A stretch of 64,000 bases of DNA from an uncultured Candidatus Rokubacteria bacterium (GTDB lineage Bacteria; Methylomirabilota; Methylomirabilia; Rokubacteriales; CSP1-6): contig CAWIZN010000033.1 of assembly GCA_963840495.1 (NCBI GenBank), positions 12,049 through 76,048 of the forward strand. Reading direction: 5' to 3'. The translations under genes and the position numbers were made by a program. The notes below the pieces were generated by a model, which saw only the letters and a list, made by a program, of their open reading frames with translations, ran no database searches and was not told where the DNA came from. Positions 1 to 8,016 of this stretch are shown here, in pieces (position 1 is the first letter of the stretch; each line of letters begins with the position of its first letter).

Positions 1-2
1 CC

Positions 3-248
3 ATGTATGCCTACGGGCCCGACAGGGCTCGAGCGGAGGAACGCATGGCCCGAACCGCCGGCCTCAAGAGGAAATCCTTCTTCGTCGAAGAGCGCACGCT
101 CAAGCGCGCCAAGAAGGCGCTAGGTGTGCCCACGGACGCCGAGGTGGTCCGTCTGTCCCTCGAGCGTGCGGCCGAGATGGAAGAGTTCTGGCGCTTCATG
201 CAGCAGAGCCGCCGCATTCTCAAGCCCGGAAGCATCAAGAGCCCGTAG
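3..248 (+). CDS. Type II antitoxin, VapB/ribbon-helix-helix-like, 81 aa. Start may instead be the ATG at 45.
   Basis: Small basic ORF (..KRKSFFVEERTLKRAKKALGVPTDAEVVRLSLERAA..). Its stop overlaps the GTG start of the downstream PIN-domain gene, the classic toxin-antitoxin layout. Confidence 0.5.
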   Translation: MYAYGPDRARAEERMARTAGLKRKSFFVEERTLKRAKKALGVPTDAEVVRLSLERAAEMEEFWRFMQQSRRILKPGSIKSP

Positions 249-249
249 A

Positions 250-663
250 GTGCCCTGGGCCATCATCGACAGCAGCGTCTACATCGGCCACTGGGAGCGC
301 GGGGCCCACCAGCGAGCGCTGGACGACGTCCGCAGAGCATTCATCGTCCGGCATTCCGCCGTCGTCCTGTCCGAGCTCCGGCGGGGCGCCCGGACGCGAG
401 AGGCCGGACGGCTCGTGGATGCGCTGTTCCGGCTCGCCCGCGTGCAATGGGAGCCGACGGCGGCCGACTGGTGGCAAGCCGGACGGCTCATACGTGTGAT
501 CGGAGACGCTCGCGGCTGGGATCGCGGCAAGCGGCGGGACTTCCAGAACGATGCGTTGATCGGCTTGACCGCGGTGCGCCACGGGGCGACGGTGGTCACG
601 GCGAACCACGCCGATTTCGAGCTCCTGGCTCGCGAGATCCCGCTGTCGCTGTTCCCGGTGTAG
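250..663 (+). CDS. vapC: PIN-domain ribonuclease toxin VapC
   Basis: GTG at 250 in the frame of ORF 124..663. N-terminal IIDSSVYI with conserved acidic residues, plus a C-terminal ..TVVTANHADFELLA.. PIN signature. Coupled to the upstream antitoxin. Confidence 0.6.
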   Translation: MPWAIIDSSVYIGHWERGAHQRALDDVRRAFIVRHSAVVLSELRRGARTREAGRLVDALFRLARVQWEPTAADWWQAGRLIRVIGDARGWDRGKRRDFQNDALIGLTAVRHGATVVTANHADFELLAREIPLSLFPV

Positions 664-792
664 CGTGCCGGCCACGGGTGCATCGCCGGTTGCCCTTGCC
701 CGGGCCGCGTGGTCCGCCATATCCTAGCGGAGCTTCCTCTCACCCCGGGGCGGGAGAGGGAGCGTGAGTCCACCACCCCAAGGAGAGACGCG

Positions 793-2271
793 ATGGCCTA
801 TTCTCGGGACTCGAAGTCGGCGAAGGTGCGGACGCAGCTCACTCACCCGGTGATCGACGGGGACGGGCACTGGCTGGAGCCGATCCCGATCTTCCTCGAC
901 TATCTCCGCCAGGTCGCCGGGCCCAAGATGACGGGCGCGGTCGAGAAGTTCATGAAGAAGGCGTCCGACACCACCTGGTACGACATCTCTCCGGCCGACC
1001 GGCTCGACCGGCGCCTCATGCGGCCGACGTGGTGGGGTGAGCCCGCCCGCACGCTCGACCGGGCCACCGCCATGATCCCGCGCCTGTTCTACGAGCGGCT
1101 CGACGACTTCGGCATCGACTTCGCCCTGGTCTACACCTCGCTCGGGCTCTTCTACGTGTCGAATCCCGACGAGGAGCTGCGGCGCGCGGTGGCCCGCGCG
1201 GTGAACCGCATGAACGCGGAGATGTTCGCCCCGTTCAAGGACCGGATGACGCCGGCGGCGGTGGTGCCGATGCACACGCCCGAGGAGGCGATCGAGGAGG
1301 CGACCTACGCCGTCCGCGAGCTCGGGCTCAAGGTGGTGATGATCGCCAATCACGTGCGGCGCCCGGTCCCGGCGGCGGCCGCGCTGGTGGCCGATCCCTT
1401 GACCCACGGGCGCATGTTCATCGACTCGCTCGGCTTCGAGAGCGCCTACGACTACGATCCGTTCTGGCGCACGTGTCTCGATCTGAAGGTGGCGGTCACC
1501 GCGCACTCCGGCAGCATGGGCTGGCACGGCCGCGAGTCGGTCGACAGCTTCACGTTCAACCACATCGGTCACTTCGCCAATGCCAGCCACGCCTTCGCGC
1601 GTGCCCTCATTCTCGGCGGCGTGACCCACCGCTTCCCCGATCTGCGCTTCGCCTTCCTCGAGGGCGGCGTGGGCTGGGCGTGCAACCTCGTCAGCGATCT
1701 CGTCGGGCACTGGGAGCGGCGGCGCCGCGAGGCGATGGAGGCGCAGACGCGCCCCACCAATATCGATCGCCAGGAGCTGGCCCGGCTCTTCCGCCAGTTC
1801 GGCGGGCGCGTGTACGAGGAGAAGACCGAGGAGATCTTCCGCTGCATCGCCCTCCCCGAGCCCTTCAAGACGGCTGAGGAGCTGACCGACCGGGCCTACC
1901 GGCAGCCCGCCTTCGACGACTTCGGGCGGGTGCCGGTGAAGTCCGCCGACGAGCTGCGGCAGCACTTCGCCGAGCGCTTCTACTTCGGCTGCGAGGCCGA
2001 CGACCCGATGACGGCCTGGGCCTTCGACCCCCATGGGAACCACCGGCTGCGCCCGATCTTCAGCTCCGACGTCGGGCACTTCGACGTCGTCGACATGACC
2101 GAGGTGCTCGAGGAGGCCTACGAGCTCGTCGAGCACGGGATGATCACCGAGGACGACCTCCGCGAGTTCCTCTTCACGAACCCGGCCCGCCTGCACACCG
2201 CGGCCAACCCCGACTTCTACAAGGGGACGGTGGTGGAGGACGCGGTGGCCAAGGAGCTCGCCCGCTTCTGA
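793..2271 (+). CDS. Amidohydrolase-2 family metal-dependent hydrolase (TIM barrel)
   Basis: ATG at 793 preceded by AAGGAGAG. The 492-aa protein has HWLEP.., H..D motifs and a DVGHFD signature typical of ACMSD-like amidohydrolases. The upstream in-frame extension from 709 is rejected. Confidence 0.6.
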   Translation: MAYSRDSKSAKVRTQLTHPVIDGDGHWLEPIPIFLDYLRQVAGPKMTGAVEKFMKKASDTTWYDISPADRLDRRLMRPTWWGEPARTLDRATAMIPRLFYERLDDFGIDFALVYTSLGLFYVSNPDEELRRAVARAVNRMNAEMFAPFKDRMTPAAVVPMHTPEEAIEEATYAVRELGLKVVMIANHVRRPVPAAAALVADPLTHGRMFIDSLGFESAYDYDPFWRTCLDLKVAVTAHSGSMGWHGRESVDSFTFNHIGHFANASHAFARALILGGVTHRFPDLRFAFLEGGVGWACNLVSDLVGHWERRRREAMEAQTRPTNIDRQELARLFRQFGGRVYEEKTEEIFRCIALPEPFKTAEELTDRAYRQPAFDDFGRVPVKSADELRQHFAERFYFGCEADDPMTAWAFDPHGNHRLRPIFSSDVGHFDVVDMTEVLEEAYELVEHGMITEDDLREFLFTNPARLHTAANPDFYKGTVVEDAVAKELARF

Positions 2272-2277
2272 CAGAAG

Positions 2278-2445
2278 CTCGCAGGATGCTCAAAAAGGTC
2301 CAGATGCGAGGCGGCGCCTCGAGGCGCCGCCTCGCAGAGGCGTCCATGTCTAGCGTCTCCGACGGCTCCTAGAGCACGAGTGGCACGGCCGCCGGGCGTC
2401 GTATCGACTCCGGCAGATGCGGCCTTTTCAGCATCCACGCTGAGG
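2278..2445. mobile_element. MITE-like element copy A. TIR consensus is CTCGCAGGATGCTCAAAAAGGTCCAGATGCGAGG.
   Basis: The 5' end ctcgcaggatgctcaaaaaggtccagatgcgagg and the reverse-complemented 3' end (..ccggcagatgcggccttttcagcatccacgctgagg) form imperfect ~30-bp terminal inverted repeats. The same termini recur at five other loci in this window. Confidence 0.6.
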
Positions 2446-2452
2446 AGAGACC

Positions 2453-4165
2453 ATGGTCACGCTCGAATTCCATGACCCGTCCGGCCGGCTCGAGGCGAGG
2501 CAGCCGCACGCGCCACGACTCGCCTCGCTCGAGGGCAAGCGCATCGGCTTCGTCAGCAATGAGCAGTGGCAGGCCTATCGCATGCTCCCGCTCCTCAAGA
2601 CGCTGCTCGAGCGCGATTTCGCCGGGATCGAGGTGCTGCCGATCGACGCCTTCCCGCAGGGCAATGCCCTGATCGGCACCGAGGAGACCGCGGCGCAGGT
2701 CAAGCAGAGCGGCGTCGACGCCGTCATCATCGGCAACGCTGCCTGAGGGTCTTGCGCAACCGCGTGCGGCCGGGCGGCCGCCAGGCTGGAAGCACAAGGC
2801 ATTCCGACGGTGACGCTGACGCGCGCGGATTTCGTGGGCGTCATGAAGAATGCCATCTCCGGCCTCGGGCTCGGGCCCGACGCCGCCATGGTGACCTTCC
2901 CGATCGAGCTGTTCCTGCCCGGCAGCGACATCGCGCCGGTCGAGGCGCGCAAGCGCGAGTTCTACGACGGGCTGACGCGCTGGACGTCGGACCTGGCCGG
3001 CGACGCGGGCGGGGAGATCCCCATGGTCTCCGTCCGCGGGGCGACGTTCGAGGACGCCCTGGTCAGGGCGAACAATCTGATGATCGCGAACCTGTGGGGC
3101 GACGGCCTGCCCCTGTGGCCGGCCACGCGCGAGCGCGTGGAGTGGATCCTGCGGGGCAGCACGCTGCCGCGCGCGCACGTGCTCGGCACGTTTCCGCCGC
3201 GCGGCGGGGTCGCCACCGTCGAGATCTGCGCCATCGCGCTCGCGATGGCGGGCGGGCGGCCCGAGTACCTGCCGGTGCTGGTGGCCGCGGTGGACGCCTT
3301 CCTCGATCCCGACTCCGGCAGCGAGCAGCTCCAGGCGGCATCGGGCAGCGCCTTTCCGGTGGTCATCGTCAATGGGCCGATCGGCCCGCAGATCCGGCTC
3401 AACTCCGGCTTCGGCTGCCTCGGTCCCGACCCACAGCGCCCCGCCGGGGCGAGCATCGGGCGCGCCCTCCGGCTCATGCAGCAGAATGTCGGCGGCGCGC
3501 GGCCGGGCGTCGGCACCATGGCCAACTACGGCGGCCTGCGCTACACGAACGTCGTCTTCGCCGAGGACGAGGACAACCTGCCCGCGGGCTGGCCGGCCCA
3601 CGGGGCGGACCGGCACGGCTTCGCACCAGGGCGCAGCTCGATCTCGCTCGCCTTCGCGAACGGCGCCACCAATATCCGGCGGCGCGGCGCCAAGAAGGAA
3701 ACGCCCGAGGAGGACGCGCTCCAGGGCATGCACCGCATGGCGGACTTCATGCGCGTGCCCAATCTGGCGGGGCTCGCCGGCTACGAGCGCGGCACGCCCG
3801 GCATCCTGATGATTCCCGGCGTGGTGGCCCAGACCATGGCCGGCCTCGGCTGGACCAAGCGCTCGATGCGCGAGTTCCTCTGGGAGCACTCGCGGATCCC
3901 GGCCGAGCACCTGCGCCGCGCCGGCGGCCACGCGTGGATCGAGATCGACGCGAGTGCCGTGACACGGCAGAGCCTGGCACTGGACCCGTGGCCGATCACG
4001 GCCTCGCCCGACAACATCGTCCTGATCGTGGCCGGCGGCGGCCATCCGACCAATAGCTACTGGCTACAGGGGTATAGCCCGGGTGTCGTCGGCCGCGAGA
4101 TCCACGTGCCGGAAGACTTCGGGCACCTGCTCGACGAGGCGGCGCGCGATCTGGGTGGGGGCTGA
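2453..4165 (+). CDS. UGSC-motif (seleno)protein. The in-frame TGA at 2744..2746 is read as selenocysteine and joins ORFs 2453..2746 and 2810..4165 (570 aa).
   Basis: Both ORFs are in the same frame and separated only by TGA. Translating through gives ..DAVIIGNAA-U-GSCATACGRAAARLEAQGIPTVTLTRADF.., a U-G-S-C motif. ATG 2453 follows GAGGAGAGA. A GC hairpin lies 20 nt after the UGA. Confidence 0.55.
2766..2781 (+). promoter_or_regulatory. Putative bacterial SECIS-like hairpin (gcggcc-gggc-ggccgc) downstream of UGA 2744..2746
   Basis: Perfect 6-bp GC stem with a 4-nt loop starting 20 nt 3' of the in-frame UGA. Flanking bases (cgcgt/cagg) could extend the structure. Confidence 0.35.
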
Positions 4166-4410
4166 CTACCTCTACAACCCGTCAGTGAAGTCGTCTCGGC
4201 CTGGGAGCCCCACGTCAAGAACTGGGCGCCCAACAATGGGTTCGACTATGGTGGGCGGATGATGGCGGCCTGGCTCGACCGTTGACGCTGGCAAAGCATC
4301 CCGGACGGGCCCGCCCGCTACAGACAATTCTCAAAAGTTGGAATGCCGAACTGAAACTTGTTTGACAGCCGCACGGAAGCGAGGCATGCTTTGACCGCAC
4401 CCTCCCAAGT

Positions 4411-4794
4411 ATGAAGTCGATACTTATCGCGGACGGCAACGCAAGTGTGGCGGAGATGTTCGCCTACGTCTTCGCCCGCCACGACTGGAACGTGACCAGG
4501 TACAGCGACGGCAAGCGCGCGGGCGAAGAGCTCAGTGGCAGAGCCCACTACGACGCGGTGCTCGTCAGTTATCGATTCGATGGCATCGACGGCGTGGAGC
4601 TGATCAGGCTGATTCGCGCGCTGGACCACCGCAAAGACATGCCGATAGTGATGGTGACCGGAACCGTAGACTTGGACGTAGTGGCCGCCGCACTGGCCGC
4701 CGGCGCTGATGACGTTGTGTACAAGCCCATCGACGTAGCCGTTCTCGTCGCCACGGTGAACAAGTGCCTCGAAAGGGGCAGGCATCACCCCTGA
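4411..4794 (+). CDS. Stand-alone CheY-like receiver domain protein, atypical: the phospho-acceptor Asp is replaced by Ser
   Basis: 127 aa. ILIADGN (canonical DD is DG), VLVSYRFDGIDG where the conserved phospho-Asp position is Ser, and conserved Thr (VTGT) and Lys (VYKP) are present. Local GC is lower (4.2-4.8 kb). Confidence 0.55.
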   Translation: MKSILIADGNASVAEMFAYVFARHDWNVTRYSDGKRAGEELSGRAHYDAVLVSYRFDGIDGVELIRLIRALDHRKDMPIVMVTGTVDLDVVAAALAAGADDVVYKPIDVAVLVATVNKCLERGRHHP

Positions 4795-4803
4795 GGCTGG
4801 ACG

Positions 4804-5805
4804 TCAGTCCACCATCAGCACGGCGGTGCCCTGCACCCGGTCTCCCGCCACGTCGGCGAGCGCGCGGTTCGCGTCGGCGAGCGCGTAGCGCCGCACGTGC
4901 GGGCGGATCGGGATGACGGCCGCCTCGCGGAGCAGCGCTTCGCCGTCCTCCCTGGTATTCGCCGTCACGCTCTGAAGCGTCTTCTCCCAGAAGAGATGGG
5001 GCTCGTAGCTCATGATCGGCACGTCAGTCATGTGGATGCCGGCGAGCGCCACCGTGCCCCCTTTGTCGACGGCCTGAAGCGCCCGCGGCACCAGCTCGCC
5101 GGCGGGGGCGAACACGATCGCCGAGTCCACCGCGACGGGGAGCTCGGAATCGGCGGCGCCCGCCCACTCGGCGCCCAGCTCGAGGGCGAGCCGCCGGTGG
5201 GCCGCATCGCGCGTCACGACGTAGACCGTGCATCCCCAGTGACGCGCCACCTGAATCGTGATGTGGGCCGATGAGCCAAACCCGTAGATCGCCAGGCGCG
5301 CGCCGCGCGCGGCCTGGCTGCGCCTGAGCGCGCGGTAGCCGATGATGCCCGCGCACAGGAGCGGCGTCGCGCCGGCATCGTCGAAGGACGAGGGGATCGC
5401 GTAGGCGAAGGCTTCCGGCACGCAGCAGTACTGGGCGTAGCCGCCGTCGTGGGTCCAGCCCGTGTACGTCGAGTCCGCGCAGAGGTTCTCGCGCCCGGTC
5501 GCGCAGAATCGGCAGCGGCCGCACGTGGACCGGAGCCAGGCGATGCCGACGCGGTCACCCGGTCTGAACCGCGTCGCGCCGGAGCCGGCCGCGTCCACCA
5601 CGCCCACGACCTGGTGGCCGGGAACGATGGGCAGCCGGCGGGGCGGCAGGTCGCCCTCGACGACGTGGAGGTCGGTGCGGCACGTGGCACAGGCGCGCAC
5701 ACGGACCCGCACCTCGCCGGGACCCGGGTCCGGCACCACCAGCTCGGTGGCCTCGAGCGGGGCGTCCGCTATCGGCCGCTGGACGCTGACGACCATCGCG
5801 CGCAT
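4804..5805 (-). CDS. Zinc-dependent alcohol dehydrogenase (MDR family), 333 aa
   Basis: ATG (cat at 5803..5805) gives MRAMVVSV.. Structural-zinc motif CGRCRFCATGRENLC, catalytic GHQVVG.., nucleotide-binding GFGSSAH. The rest of the 851-aa ORF upstream is antisense to the sigma-factor gene and is rejected. Confidence 0.7.
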   Translation of the reverse strand: MRAMVVSVQRPIADAPLEATELVVPDPGPGEVRVRVRACATCRTDLHVVEGDLPPRRLPIVPGHQVVGVVDAAGSGATRFRPGDRVGIAWLRSTCGRCRFCATGRENLCADSTYTGWTHDGGYAQYCCVPEAFAYAIPSSFDDAGATPLLCAGIIGYRALRRSQAARGARLAIYGFGSSAHITIQVARHWGCTVYVVTRDAAHRRLALELGAEWAGAADSELPVAVDSAIVFAPAGELVPRALQAVDKGGTVALAGIHMTDVPIMSYEPHLFWEKTLQSVTANTREDGEALLREAAVIPIRPHVRRYALADANRALADVAGDRVQGTAVLMVD

Positions 5806-5961
5806 CGTGCGCTGGTCGGAGCCGGCCGGCAGGTGGGAGCTCACACGGCGGATTGTGCCACACGGCCGAGCTGTAACGCCTCGGCTGCTCGTTCCACCTC
5901 CTTGGTGAGGACGGACGCGCCGTCCCGGCCGATCCCATTCACGCGTACGGAGGATAACGAT

Positions 5962-6711
5962 ATGAGTGCCGCCACCGATGCCGGAACGAGCATCCACGAG
6001 GTCGCCCCTGACGTGTTCCGCATCTCGACCTTCATCCCCGACTTCGGCCTGCAGTTCAACCAGTTCCTGGTCCGCGACGAGGCGCCACTCCTGTTCCATA
6101 CCGGGATGCGGAGCCTCTTCCCGGTGGTCCGGGACGCCGTCTCCAGGCTGATCGACCCGTCGACCCTCCGCTTCATCAGCTTCAGCCACTTCGAGGCGGA
6201 CGAGAGCGGCGCGCTGAACGAGTGGCTGGCGCTGGCGCCGCGGGCCGAGGCCGCCTGCAGCCAGGTCGGGGCCCTGGTCAGCGTGAATGACTTCGCCCTG
6301 CGGCCCGCGCGCGGTCTCGGCCAGGACGAGGTGATCGACACGGGCCGCCACCGCCTGCGCTTTCGCGCGACGCCGCAGGTGCCGCACGCCTGGGACGCCG
6401 GCCTGCTCTTCGACGAGACGACGGGCGCGCTCTTTTGCTCCGACCTGTTCCTTCAGCTCGGACAGATGGAGCCGTCGACCGAGTCGGACATCCTGGAGCG
6501 CGTCCGCGCCGGCTTTCTCGCCTTTCGCGGCACGCCCTTCGACCACGCCACGCCATACACGCCCAACACGCGGCCGCTGCTCGAGGGGCTGGCGGCGCTC
6601 GATCCTCGCGTGCTGCTGGCCATGCACGGGTCGACGTATGTCGGCGACGGCCGGAAGGCGATTCTCCAGCTGGCCGACCTGCTCGAAGAGATGTTCGGTG
6701 CGCCGGACTAG
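5962..6711 (+). CDS. MBL-fold protein resembling the di-iron beta-lactamase-like domain of flavodiiron/ODP proteins
   Basis: ATG 5962 after GGAGGA. 250 aa with an H-x-E-x-D-E (SHFEADESG) motif in the position of the HxHxDH/HxExDH site. The upstream extension to 5449 is rejected. Confidence 0.5.
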   Translation: MSAATDAGTSIHEVAPDVFRISTFIPDFGLQFNQFLVRDEAPLLFHTGMRSLFPVVRDAVSRLIDPSTLRFISFSHFEADESGALNEWLALAPRAEAACSQVGALVSVNDFALRPARGLGQDEVIDTGRHRLRFRATPQVPHAWDAGLLFDETTGALFCSDLFLQLGQMEPSTESDILERVRAGFLAFRGTPFDHATPYTPNTRPLLEGLAALDPRVLLAMHGSTYVGDGRKAILQLADLLEEMFGAPD

Positions 6712-6780
6712 CGCGCATGACGCGGACGGCCTCGCTCCGCGATACCGGACCGGGCCTCCGGGTCGCCGTCTCCTGCGCCC

Positions 6781-7398
6781 GTGCTCTGCGCTACATTGGG
6801 CGCCGTGCCCCACGCTGAGCCCGAGCCTCCGCCGGTCCCGGATGCCGAGCTGGCCCGCCGCATCGCGGCGCGGCCGGCCGGCGCCGCCACCGTTGAGGAG
6901 GCGGAGCTGTACCGGCGGCTGGCGCCGAGGGTTCGGCTCTACGGGCTCAAGCACCTGCGCAGCGAGGCAGCGGCCGCGGACCTGGCGCAGCACGTTCTGG
7001 TCCTCGCGATCGAGAAGCTGCGCACGGGCCAGGTGCGCGAGCCCGAGCGCATCGCGTCCTTCGTGCTGAGCACGGCGCGCCTGGTCGCGCGCGACTTGCG
7101 GCGGGCGACGGCCCGGCGCCGCGAGGACTCGACGCTCCTGGCGGGGGTCATCGAGACGATGCCCGCTGCCGAGGCGCCGCCGGAACCGCTCGACCTCGAC
7201 CGGCTCCGCCGCTGTCTCGACGCGCTGGCGGAGCGGGACCGCACCGTGATCGTCCTGAGCTTCTACGACGAGCGGACCTCGGGCCAGATCGCCGGGCAGC
7301 TCGGATTGACCGAAGGCAATGTCCGGGTCATCCGGCACCGGGCGCTGGCGCAGCTTCACCGCTGCCTGGAGCTGGCCCCAGCAGGGAGCTGGTCATGA
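6781..7398 (+). CDS. ECF (sigma-70 family, group IV) RNA polymerase sigma factor. Alternative start GTG ~6805.
   Basis: Region 2 (..DLAQHVLVLAIEKL..) and region 4 HTH (..TSGQIAGQLGLTEGNVRVIRHRALAQLHR..). Ends with ATGA overlap into the anti-sigma gene. Confidence 0.7.
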   Translation: MLCATLGAVPHAEPEPPPVPDAELARRIAARPAGAATVEEAELYRRLAPRVRLYGLKHLRSEAAAADLAQHVLVLAIEKLRTGQVREPERIASFVLSTARLVARDLRRATARRREDSTLLAGVIETMPAAEAPPEPLDLDRLRRCLDALAERDRTVIVLSFYDERTSGQIAGQLGLTEGNVRVIRHRALAQLHRCLELAPAGSWS

Positions 7399-7976
7399 GG
7401 GAACAGAGCTGCGCCGAGCCATTGTCGGGCGATCTCCTGGTCGAATACTGGCAGGGTGAGCTGACCGAGACCGAGGCGGAGCGGGTCGAGGCGCACTACC
7501 TGTCGTGTGAGGCCTGCGCGTCCAGGCTCGGCGCGCTCGCCGGCGTGGCCGCGGGCGTGGCGCGGTTGATGCGCGGCGGGCGCGTGCTGGGCTTCACGAC
7601 CGTCGCGGTGCTCGAACGGGCCGCGGCCGAGGGCGTCAAGATCGGGACCTATCGCATGGAGCCGGGCCAGAGCGCTCACTGCACGATCCGTCCCGAGGAC
7701 GACTGCAATGTGCTGCGGCTGCCGCTGGCGCTCCGGGGCATCGAGCGTGTCGACCTCGACCTGGTGAGGGTGGAGGCCGGTCGGGAGACCTCACGCCTCC
7801 ATTTCGAAGACGTGGTCCTCGATCGCGAGCGCGAGGAGATCGTCCTCCTGTACCCGGGCGACCTGCTGCGCCAGCTTCCCGAGCACACGTTCGAGATCGC
7901 GGCGCACGCCGTGGACGCCCGGGAGCGCCGCGCACTCGGACGCTACACCATGTTCCACTCGCCGTGGCGCGGCTGA
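7395..7976 (+). CDS. Anti-sigma factor with N-terminal zf-HC2 zinc-binding motif (cytoplasmic, ChrR/RsrA-like)
   Basis: HYLSCEAC motif (H-x3-C-x2-C). 4-nt start/stop overlap with the ECF sigma gene. No predicted TM segment. Confidence 0.6.
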   Translation: MREQSCAEPLSGDLLVEYWQGELTETEAERVEAHYLSCEACASRLGALAGVAAGVARLMRGGRVLGFTTVAVLERAAAEGVKIGTYRMEPGQSAHCTIRPEDDCNVLRLPLALRGIERVDLDLVRVEAGRETSRLHFEDVVLDREREEIVLLYPGDLLRQLPEHTFEIAAHAVDARERRALGRYTMFHSPWRG

Positions 7977-8016
7977 GGCGGCTCCGGCCGCGTTGCCGGC
8001 GCTTCGAGGCCGCCGC

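Noticed and set aside
709-792. Upstream start for the amidohydrolase at 709
   Set aside because: ATG 793 has a strong AAGGAGAG ribosome-binding site. The extra 28 aa are Arg/Glu-rich and add no domain.
2744-2746. Treating the TGAs at 2744 and 58647 as ordinary stop codons (two separate genes / a truncated VKOR) or as sequencing errors
   Set aside because: Both fall exactly at a conserved redox Cys position (UGSC; UxxC). Both are followed by same-frame continuation of the domain and by a hairpin at SECIS distance. The errors seen in this contig are indels, not substitutions. Kept as Sec candidates but flagged for read-level confirmation.
4340-4365. Sigma-54-type promoter (TGGAAT..TTGACA) upstream of the receiver gene
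   Set aside because: It lacks the GG-N10-GC spacing and TTGC element. Only a weak -35-like TTGACA is present.
5449-5961. N-terminal extension of the MBL-fold gene (ORF begins 5449)
   Set aside because: It overlaps the alcohol dehydrogenase gene on the other strand and lacks protein-like composition. An ATG with GGAGGA at 5962 gives a normal 250-aa domain.
4804-7359. 851-aa minus-strand ORF
   Set aside because: Only the last 333 codons (4804..5805) form a coherent zinc alcohol dehydrogenase. The rest is antisense to the MBL and ECF sigma genes and is a stop-free high-GC artefact.
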